A DNA stretch of 64,000 nucleotides, taken from NCBI RefSeq assembly GCF_902459465.1, contig NC_047064.1, forward strand, positions 2,418,001 through 2,482,000, written 5' to 3'. The stretch comes from Asterias rubens. Its lineage: Eukaryota. Of the stretch, positions 47,156 through 64,000 are shown piece after piece (position 1 is the stretch's first letter; each line of letters begins with the position of its first letter). The notes beneath the pieces were generated by a model that saw only the letters and a program-made list of their open reading frames with translations, was not told where the DNA came from and ran no database searches. A program made the translations under genes and the position numbers.

Positions 47156-47911
47156 GTTCTTAATCTGAAGCCAAGGACTCACTTAACGGTAGATCATTTC
47201 AAACAAGTTGGTTGGCTCCCAGTCCAGAACCGGATTGATCAATTGAAACTATGTAGTATATTTCGTATCTTGACTTCCTTGGCTCCGGATTATTTTAAAG
47301 ATTTTTTTCAACTGACAAGTAGTACTCGCTTCTATAACACCCGATCAAATCACTTTTCTTTTGATATTCCCCATCATCACAGTTATGGTCAACACTCCTT
47401 CCGAGTTTCTGGGGCAAAGTTATGGAATAAACTTCCCATCATGCTCCGGAACACAAATTCATCCCTAGCCAAATTTAAAAAAACTCTCAAACTGCATTAC
47501 TTTGATAAGTTGCAGCTCCAGGAGGATGCATTGTTTGTAGTCGGTTAATTTATTCTTTTTTTTCATTAGAACAGTACTCGTGGTGACACAGTGGCCGGGC
47601 CAGGTGACACGAATCAATTTGTTTGTTGTTGGGTGTCTTGGTCGCCTATTCCATTTGTTTTATTTCATGTGCAATTTTCTAGTCATAGTTTTATACTTGT
47701 ATTTTAATGTGTCTTCAGTGTTTCTGCATTTTTATTTTGTATAGAGGACCACAATGGAAATAAGCTTATTTCAGCTTTTTTGTGTTATCCTCGACAATTC
47801 CTCAGATTCAAATGTCTTTTCCCTTGTATTTTTTATCTGTTTTTGTCCAATTGTTGTATTTTAAAGAATTCTGTGGAGATTGTCTAATAAACAAACAAAC
47901 AAACAAAGCCA
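47156..47911 (+). mobile_element. Duplicate of LINE fragment 42130-42885
   Basis: Identical peptide in ORF 47060-47548. Confidence 0.8.
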
Positions 47912-48699
47912 GGGATCACACCCAAATTACGATACAACCTGGGAAGCGGCAGCCAGGGGATCACCTTAAGGGGATGCGACTTTTTGTTTCAGATATCAAT
48001 GTAAACCACAAGGGAAACTGACTGGGTAAATTTTGAAATGATTTTTGGGGTTGAACAAAGAATTGACTAGAGTGGGATTCACACTATGGAGCTGGTCACA
48101 TAAATCTTATTTTCAATGTTTAAAGCATGTTTAAACATGGAAGAAGGACGGTGTGGGTCTAACTTTTTTTGACACAACGAGTGACGTTACGAAACTTTTG
48201 GCACAACCCTCATAGATAAATGGTCAACAGATGGCGCACTTGTTTTTCGTTCGGATATGATTCAAAGGATTTTTAATTGAGTGTTTTGAAGTGTCGTTTC
48301 GCTAGATACTGATGTACATGTATAACTATTGTAAAACAAAACAAGAAAAACTAAATTAAAGTCAATTGAACTACTTACGACGGAATTGTGGACAAGCATT
48401 ACTTTTATAAAAGGCTCTTTTCCGATCATGCGAATCCTAAGGACCCGGCATTGCGAGAAGATTTTTCCCATTTAAAAAGATCCGAAACATAGCAATTTTT
48501 TGTTTTGTGCACACATGTGTTTATCGAACGCATCCCATCCATCTCATCACGCTTTCACCACCAACGTCTCAAGTCAAGCCCGAGTACAGTTCTTTGGATT
48601 GCAAATTTGACTGTGTATCCTCAACATTCAACATACATTTCCACAATTACTGGTTGTAGTCTCGTATTCCTCAAAACTTAGACGTATTAAGAGGCAGAA

Positions 48700-55575
<6,876 letters not shown>

Positions 55576-55989
55576 TAAAACCAGGTTCCCTTTGGACTTT
55601 TTCTTATACTGCCATGCCGAAAGTTACCATGACTACATGGCGTTCCCACCTTGACCTATACTTGTGGTCGCGTCTCCATTGGATTTAATTTTGTCTTTTT
55701 ACAGAAATGTCATTTACTTTAAACAAAAAAAAGGCCAATGGGAGCACGGCTTTAATAAGCAAAGATAAATCTTGCCTAGCAGAAATGGGTTACCAGTCAG
55801 AACACTATGTAATGTGCATCACTTGTGACTGGTTTCCTGCTTAATGTTGCTTAGCAGATATTCTTTGTGACTCTGAATTCGGTTATCGGTTCATTTGTTC
55901 CAAATGACTCGAGTTGAGTAGTGACTAGGAAATGTTGAAGACGCTCCTGAAAAATAGTGAAAAACAGGTAGTTTCTAATGCTGATGGAA

Positions 55990-56362
55990 TTAGCTTGGGC
56001 GATACCAACCACGATACTATCGAATATTGCGATACTAATTTGGAAACGATTTTGATATCGGATCAATTTGGTTTTAATCGAAATATCGATATATCGCGAT
56101 ATATCGCGATAACGATTAAGTATCGCAATATCGTGATGTATTTCCTAGCTGAGACATCTTGCACCCCATAGGTTTGGAGTAAAACCAGAAAAATAGGTCA
56201 TTAGAACACCTCTCTTATGCTATGACTGTCTCTTCTACAACTTTCACTTGGAGTTTGAAGACTGATGATGTCAAATTTAGTTAATCGCGATTATATCGAA
56301 TATCGCGATATATTGTCGGCGATATATCGTGAATAAAATAAATCATTATCGCCCAAGCTTAG
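55990..56362. mobile_element. Non-autonomous DNA element with CGATAT/ATATCG subterminal repeats
   Basis: TIR tagcttgggcgata / tatcgcccaagctta; dense ATATCGCGAT motifs near both ends. Confidence 0.65.
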
Positions 56363-56424
56363 ATGGAATGGTGTTCCAATGTTTGGGCTCAGCTTTTGAG
56401 AAAGACCCATCTCCAATGGATGGT

Positions 56425-56770
56425 GTTTCTGATTAGCAGAGTGTGGGTTCGAATACCCAGCCATGACACTTGTGTCCGTAGCAAGACACTTAACCCATTG
56501 CTTCGTCCTTCGGATGGGACGTAAAGCCATTGGTCCCATGTGTTGTGTAACGCATGTAAAAGAACCCAGTACACTTATCGAAAAGAGAAGGGGTTCGCCC
56601 CGGTGTTCCTGGCTGTTGCTGCTATATGCGCTGTAGCACCTTGTAAACCCTTATAAGGTGCTAAATAATTGGGTCTAAGAATTCATCTTTCTGGAAGTTT
56701 GTATATATACTCAGCGCCTTGAGTACCTTGTTTGGTAGATACATACGCTATATAAGACTTTGATATTATT
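56425..56770 (+). mobile_element. SINE (second family) with (ATT)n tail
   Basis: ggttcgaat B-box, core GCAAGACACTTAACC, tail tatataagactttgatattattatt; related pieces at about 27005-27320, 32360-32460 and 33530-33720. Confidence 0.65.
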
Positions 56771-57241
56771 ATTTGGAACTTAAAGGAATATTAAGAAGAA
56801 GTTTGTCCCTAGAGGATCTGAGCACCGCCCTGCATTGTTGATACAAAATGAGAAGGTCACACAGGTACTGAGGGGCAATACCATTTAATGCATGTGTAAA
56901 ACCATCACTTGGTACATCTCAACATATCATACAATAACAAACCTTTGAACATTTTGTGCTCAATTGGGCATCAAGGTTGCAAGAAAATAATGAAAGGAAA
57001 AAACACAATTGCTCCATAGAATGGTTGGCTTTTAGAAGCCCAAGAAAAGGCTTCATGCCCGAAGCCTTTCTCGGATTTAAAATTGCAGGTGAAAAGATAC
57101 TCCTTTCTTACATGTATTTCAAAGGGGGTTGTTTCTATCAATGTTTTATAAAATCAACAGCTCTCCGGTGCTCTTTACCAAGAAAGTTTTTATTGCTATC
57201 AACTTAAGGAGCAATTATCCAAAGTACACTCTGCCTTTAAT

Positions 57242-57375
57242 TTAGGCCGTGTCCGAAACGGCGACTTCGGCTACAGCTACGGCTAGATCGTGCGCGTCTG
57301 CCTATTCTTCAACACTGGTAGACGCGCTGATCTAGACGTAGCTGTAGCCGAAGTCGTCGTTTCGGACACGGCCTA
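57242..57375. mobile_element. Small palindromic MITE (TIR TTAGGCCGTGTCCGAAAC)
   Basis: About 45-bp inverted arms. Confidence 0.8.
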
Positions 57376-57885
57376 AGTTGGGCATGGTAATGTACTGTAC
57401 ACCATGAACATGTTGGTCTAAATGTTCTTCTAGAATTCTCAATTTTATGACCAATTTCACATTCTACCCTTTTCGGAATGTCAAGCTTCCTCTTCAATGA
57501 AGGAATTTTTTTAATAAGAAAAAATAGCGGTCATCTTATGTAAGCAATAAATCAGTCGTTGAGTCATTCTGTCTTGATAGAATCCGCATATTTGTAACCT
57601 GTTTTATATAAAGGAATTAATGTTTGAAGTTAGCACATTTACGTTTTGAAGTTTCTGTGCGACTTTTCAATTATTCTTGTGATTTACTTCTCCCTTGAGG
57701 CAATGGACCTAATTCCGCACTAATTGCTGAAAGGGCAGACGGACAGTATTCTTAATGTTACTTGTTGGAAGAGTGCCCCAGTTATAAATTCTATTAATGT
57801 ATCTGATTTTTATACATAAGCTCACAATTTTCATGCTAAATGTGACACCAGTCTCAGTGTGTCCAACCTAGTTCCTCCTATTTAG

Positions 57886-58090
57886 GGTGTTTGAGCGTGA
57901 AACCAGACTTTCTGCTTGAACTTTTCACCCATACACTCTTGATTTGTTGAGATGAAAAGCAAAGAGTCATTCCAACAGCTTTATTCCATGTACTGCTTCT
58001 CTTTGGAACTCCTTGCCTGGTGGATGTTTCCTACAATCCTACAATCTGGACTGTTTTAAGAGGAATATCAATTCCTGACTCCAGTACTCC
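57886..58090 (+). mobile_element. LINE 3'-end fragment (same family as 6216-6470)
   Basis: gtgtttgagcgtgaaaccagactttctgc..cacccatacactctt..tccaacagctttattcc. Confidence 0.65.
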
Positions 58091-59904
58091 TGAGTTATTT
58101 CCATGTTTAATCATGTTCGTCTTGTAGCCCCTTACCTTGAGTGGCTTATACATATAGCCTTGTTTTGGGCGAACTTCCATAATTTGTTTATTTTTTTTTA
58201 ATAAACAATATCCTACCTCTGACTTGGAAAGCACTTCTTGTATTAAAGAGACATGCAGTGTACAATTCAATATGAGATCTTTATTAAACAAACTGCTGTT
58301 GAACATTCCTAGATCTCATTTTTCATCAGGCGATAGAAGCGTTGACTCATGTCCAACTAAAGCTATGGAATGATCTCCCCTATCAACTTCATACACTTCA
58401 CTTGACTCCTTACCGATCTTCAAAAGCCAGCTTTAGATTCATCTCGTTAAATCTGCTTTTAACATTTAGTCCATTGCAAATTCTGTCAACTCTTTTTGTA
58501 AAAATTTGTCCTTCACTTTGCTAAGCAACGTTAAAATGATGGCACTCTACAAATGCTTGATGATTGATTGATAGATTTTCCAAATAACTGACGGAGCAAA
58601 AACCCAAACCCAAGCGTTGGTTTCGAACAGGGGTGTTTTTTATTCATTCCTCTTAAGTTACAAATGTGAAAAATCCCCTAAACCAGTTATGATATTATAC
58701 CAAAACCATAGCATAACTGGTTAATACGTTTTAACATGCTAAAACTGAGACGAAAATTATTACTTTTACTCATTTCTCAATAACTACAGCACCTCAGTAA
58801 GTAAAATTTAAAGGGAAGCTTTCAATAGTCTTCAAACTGTGTAAGTTTAATGTAAATATGTGGACATTGTGTTTTTTGTTAGGAAAAAGTACATATATAC
58901 CCTTAAAACTGTTAAACCAGTTTGGAGTACAACTTTTCTGTGTTTTGCGCCGCGCAGAGCAACATCAATGTTTGCCTTGAGAGTTATCCACACAGGGTTT
59001 GTTGATAGAGAGTTCCCCTGGTGGGAGGGGGGGGGGGGCTTGTTGATCCAGTCTAAATTGAGGTGAGGGTCCTCTAAGATAAAACTTGAGATAGAAGAAA
59101 GTTTGATATAAATGTACTTGACAGCGGAAAATTGTATTTACACTTGGTGGAGTCTCAAATACAGTTTGCAACAATGTAGCACAATTGTGTCAGATGTCGC
59201 CCAATGCACTATTTAGTTATGGACAGTTTAATGTGGAAAATGAAGAAAAGAAAAAATATATATTTTTTTCCTTTTTAAGATCTATAGTTTCATGGTTAAC
59301 CTGTAGAACACTTACTTTTAGTTAATAAAGCATTTGCTATGAATACAACAATTTTGTGGTCATACTTATGTCTAATTTGTATCCTTTTGCATGAAATGGT
59401 AGTTTAAAATATCATTTTACTTGTAATTTGTTTTTCACCAAAAATGGTGTGGTGGCTTATTTCAAACGGGAGTAACTCAGCAACGCGATACACCCCAAAG
59501 CTTAGACATAATACCAAATTACTGCTGCTGATGTGTTCTTTCCAGCCATGCATTATAACTCAATTCTTGAAATTGCCTACATCTGACTCATTTTCACAGA
59601 GCGGGTCACAATTTACATGTACCTGCATACAGTATGTTGTAATTCCCAACTTTACTTTACCTCCGATTGATATTTCAAGTCCCATGGTCGTGCATCATCA
59701 TCTTAAGAGGAAAACTTTGTCAATATTGTTTTCCTCCTCGTCCAATAAAAATAAATAAATTAGATTTTGCTGTACATATACCAACAGAAGTACCTTTCTG
59801 ATAAGGAAACGTGCACATGAATACATTACACTCTACCACTTTACCTAACTCATTTCAAGCATCTTGAGTCACTGCTCTTTGGTTCAAGCTACCTCCTTGA
59901 TGAC

Positions 59905-60277
59905 TTAAAGACACTGGACACTATTGGTAATTGTCAATGACCAGTCTTATTACTTGGTGTATCTTTAACATAAGCACAAAATAACCAACCTGTGAAAATT
60001 TCAGCTCAATTGGTTGTCGAAGTTACGAGATAAACTATGCAAGACAAAAACACCCTTGTCACACAAAATTGTGTGCTTTCAGATGCTTGATTTCGAGACC
60101 TCAAATTCTAAATCAAATTTGTGAAAAATTACTTCTTTCTCAAAAACTACGTAACTTCAGAGGGAGCCGTTTCTCACAATGTTTTATACTATCATCCTCT
60201 CCCCATTACTCAATACCAAGTAAGGTTTTGTGCTTATAATTATTTTGAGTAATTACCAATAGTGTCCACTGCCTTTG
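59905..60277. mobile_element. MITE family A copy
   Basis: TIRs and body. Confidence 0.85.
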
Positions 60278-60659
60278 AGGCCCTTTCACACAAGACAATT
60301 TTTTAAAAGAGACCTCGACTAAAATTACATTGATGTTAAAACATAGTGACCATTGTTATTTTCAACAGTGATTCAGACTTCCATAGCAACCTTGTTAAAA
60401 TCACCCTGATATGTACGGTAGTGTAGAATTATTACTGTACAAACAAAGTCTCTTGCTATGGGGATATCTTTATTCTTACACGCATGTTACTAGTGTCACT
60501 AGATGAAGAAAGTAATCCTTGCATAAACAATCAAGACCTTCGTTTTTTGCAACAGCAAAGGCACCAAGATGTTTTTTTTTTCTGGTCAAGGGTACCTCTT
60601 TAAGGAAATTTCTATATTGGAATACTTCAAGGGGCAGCAAGGCAATGATCAGGGGCAAT

Positions 60660-60801
60660 GGGAGACTTTCTGGGATGATAGAGGGCAGCAGACTTACCGG
60701 GTAAATCGATTGTTCTCAGAATTATGCGCATGTTCAGAACTCCGTAAACAATGGAAATTTACCCGGTATGTCTGCTGCCGCCTAGCGTTGGAAAGTCTCC
60801 T
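60660..60801. mobile_element. Small palindromic MITE
   Basis: ggagactttc..ggcagcagacttaccgggtaaat / atttacccggtatgtctgctgcc..gaaagtctcc. Confidence 0.7.
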
Positions 60802-60865
60802 ATTGCCCCAGTAAAGTATCAGACCTGTTGATAAAACAAAACTCATGGTATTCCAGGGTTCTCCC

Positions 60866-61238
60866 TTAAAACCACTGAACACTTTCGGTAAACAGTTTGT
60901 CCAAAGGCCCACACTTCGTGTATCACAACTTATATATAAAATAACAAACCTGTGAAAATTTAGGCTCAATCGGTCATCGGAGTCGGGAGAAAATAACGGG
61001 AAAACCCACCCTTGGTTTCGCACGTTTCGCCGTGTCAACACATGTGTTTAAATGTATCCGTAATTCTCGTTAATGAGTATTTTTAATTGTTTTAATGTTT
61101 TCTCAAAAAGTAAAGCATTACATGGAATAATATTTCAAGAGAAGTCTTTCACCATTACCTTCTGTAAACCCTGTCAGTTCTTTGTAAATCTGTGAATTTT
61201 TAATTTTTTTCTGTTCCGAAAGTGTCCAATGGCTTTAA
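60866..61238. mobile_element. MITE family B copy
   Basis: Homologous to 2995-3362. Confidence 0.8.
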
Positions 61239-62439
61239 CAGTGCAGTTAAAACACCTGAGGACTAGTCAAAAGTTTCTTCAAGTGGTTCGGCTGTCTAGT
61301 TTAGTGAAGAATAGAAAATGTTTTTAATGAAAGAGTGATCAGTGAAAATGCTGATGGACTTGTGAAATAACAAGCTAACTGGTCCCCTGGCACTCCACTA
61401 AAAAAGTTACACATGTATCCGATGCAATGTGTCCCTTATAGGATCTGCAGTCGCCCATGCACGACTCACTAGAAATTCTTCACTACCTGTAGTTATTACA
61501 TCTAGCTGTGGTTATTACGTGAAGCTGTAAAAATGTTTTCATAGCTCTGTGGTTATTAGTTTCCTCCACTCTTTTCAAGGCAGCTTCTTGGCTCTCCAAG
61601 TCCCTTGGAGGTTTTAGTGATACAAGAAAGATGTAAGTCGCCAGTCTAGACCGAGTGGAAAAAGGAAGGGGGTTAGTGTGCTCTTGTGTGGCAAAGAATA
61701 GTTGGGTTTTCAAAGTGATGCCTGGTAATAATATAAGCTTTTTCGAGGTGTGGCAGATGTGATACTCGCGCGTCACACACCGCGACTGATGCCAGGCTCA
61801 CCATGTTGGTGGTCATTAGGTTTACGTGTAAACGCCGCGTCGCCTAAAATGCGCACTTCACTGAATAACATACGTTCTATTTCTATGGTCAATACGCACA
61901 AATTTACCACAACTTTACAGTGTTGTAGCATTGTGTTCCCCATATCTCAAAAAGGCTTATTGAGAAAAAAGCGAAAGATCTTTTTCCTAAGCTTTGTGAA
62001 AGACTCGGATAGGATCAAACGTCTGGTAACAACAAGTTTTGCATTTATACCACAAATCATTTGTTTGGTAACTTGGGTTGTGAGGCATTACATGGTTAGT
62101 ATCAATGTATTCGTTTGATGTAAGTGCCTCAGAAAAAAACAGCGGAAAATCATTCTGTGTTCATAAAATACATAGACTGGATTAGGGTTGTGAAGCTTCA
62201 TTGCTATGTATTTTCCATCGTCTTGTTTGGATCGATTCAGTCCATGGTGTGACGTCACAGTGATGTTTTGATTCTCTAGGGGCTTTTTGTGAATCTCTGC
62301 ATTTTTGTTCAGCGTGACACTGATCAAAATGTGTTAATTTCTTTTGAGTTTTCTCAATTATTTAATCATTACACTCTCATTAACGATGATTATTTCATTC
62401 AAGTTGGTCTTTAAAAAGACTTTCCTAGAACGTTTCTAG

Positions 62440-62777
62440 TTAAAGGCAGTGGACACCATTGTTAATAAGTCAAAATTGGTAATTATTAGCATAAAACCTT
62501 TGGTAACGAGTAATGGCCAGAAGTTGATAGTATAAAACATTGTAAGAAACGGCTCCCTCTGAAGTAGCGTAGTTTTTGAGAAAGAATTAATTTTCCACAA
62601 ATTTGAAAGCGCACAACTTCATGTGGCAAGGGTGTTTTTTTCTTTCATTATTATCTCGCAACTTCGACAGCCAATTGAGTTCAAATTTTTAAAGGTTTGT
62701 TATTTTATGCATATGTTGGGATGCACCCAGTGAGAAGAGTGGTCTTGACAATTACCAATAGTTTCAAGTGTCATTAA
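62440..62777. mobile_element. MITE family A copy
   Basis: TIRs and body. Confidence 0.8.
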
Positions 62778-64000
62778 TTGATGACTAATATTGAAAATGA
62801 TACTCAATTTCTTTCAACAATCCGTCTCCACAACCTCCCCAATTGATTCCACAGAAAGATCTTTCACTTTCAGCTTCAAAATTGTTATTTTGTTCACACA
62901 CCATGTGAAGTTGATGATGCGTGTTCACTAGTTGATCGTTAAATTTCTTAATTGCTGACAGACCTGTTCAATTATGCAGGTGTTTCATACAAAACTAGTT
63001 TCAGAAGAAAGTATTTTGACTTTCATTTTAATCACTGTGAGCTGGGTATTTTATTAGGTTTGTACTGAGGGTTTCTTCTTAGAAAGGAGTTAATCTTATT
63101 TTAATGTTTCTTTAATTAAAACTGATGTAGAAAGCATGTAGTTTGTTCTGAAAAGTGCATTAGACTTTTAATATGTTTTCCATGAGATTGGTATTTGATT
63201 ACAGTTGTCAGTTGAGCACAAAGTTAGACTTAATTGATGTTGCAAATCTTTTAAGAGACATTTTAATTAATGTCGCAGTTGCTCTGATCTGTTACAGTAA
63301 TTAAAATACAAGACTGGTAAAGATTACAAATATTGTTTAGTTTAGTCTAAAACCCTACTGATTATAAAGTTAATACTGGAACCTTTTTTTTCTGTGAATT
63401 CTTTTCCACCTCAAATGAAGTTATTTGAAAAACTATTTCTAAAAACCAACTTTTACAAAACATCAGTTAGTATTGTTTGAAGCCTTGCACGTTGGGATAA
63501 ATAGGAAGAACTATAAATAAATAGAAACATGCGGGTACAACCATGTGTAAATTGTGGGAGTGTTGGCTCTGAAAATAGCTGGTGGGTTAACTCTGCTCGT
63601 CTTCAGGAGAATACTCTGCTCGTCTTCAGTTGTTTTCTTGTTCTTCTTTTTTCTGTGAGAGTTGTGGTATTTGGTTGTTTGTCAAATGAGCGCACACCGT
63701 GTGACTTAAATTGATTGGTTTAATAATTTGTGCAACATGCTTTGTTGATGATGGATACTTGTGCATCTTACCATAGTATTTAAAAACAAGTTACACTCGA
63801 CTTATCTCACTTGACTGGAGTAAAGAGTCGTGTCAGATCTTCTCTTGTGGGAACCAGCTGTTTACTCATTGTCTTAAGCCCCTTCTAATTACTCTAAAAT
63901 GCATGCTTTTTATGAGATTTCTCTGAGTGAAATCAACTGTTCTTGGCTTTGTCTTAAAAAGATTTGTAAAGGGCAATGACTAGGGGGCATGGAGGCAATC

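Larger units (their letters stand above)
38359..48406. repeat. Tandem segmental duplication, two about 5.02-kb units (38359-43376 and 43377-48406), each with one nanos gene
   Basis: Identical ORF-track peptides at offsets 5018-5026; junction cattac-TTTT-cttacacc at 43377-43380. Confidence 0.95.

Noticed and set aside
48411-48425. AAAGGCTCTTTTC, which looks like the 5' half of a histone stem-loop
   Set aside because: There is no AGAGCC 3' arm and no upstream ORF, so it is a chance match.
59660-59700. Possible 41-nt minus-strand exon (DDARPWDLKYQSE)
   Set aside because: The splice sites are plausible, but the phase does not join the upstream candidate exon and I recognise no homology.
60530-60600. 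Possible minus-strand terminal exon GTLDQKKKTSWCLCCCKKRRS*
   Set aside because: The acceptor is weak, it depends on a homopolymer length, and no convincing upstream coding exon links to it.

Overview
This is eukaryotic, AT-rich, MITE/SINE-dense genomic DNA from a metazoan. I infer an echinoderm, probably a sea star, but this is unverified. Gene order: MBD5/6-like gene on the minus strand (7 coding exons, about 2748 aa, one 7.3-kb internal exon carrying a Cys-periodic 11-aa repeat), head-to-head with AARSD1 on the plus strand (12 exons, one an 18-nt microexon). Then come three intronless nanos genes: A on +, B and C on -, with B and C inside a 5.0-kb tandem duplication. Last is the 5' half of ILF2/NF45 on + (6 coding exons found, the rest not in the window). 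The most striking observation: every nanos copy carries, 25 nt after its stop codon, a replication-dependent-histone-type 3' end signal. It consists of a GGCTCT-T(C/A)TC-AGAGCC stem-loop, an A/C-rich tail and an AAAGAGA purine element 14 nt downstream, with AATAAA signals further on. This suggests SLBP/U7-type processing of a non-histone germline-determinant mRNA. All alignments and coordinates were worked out by eye; no database searches were run.
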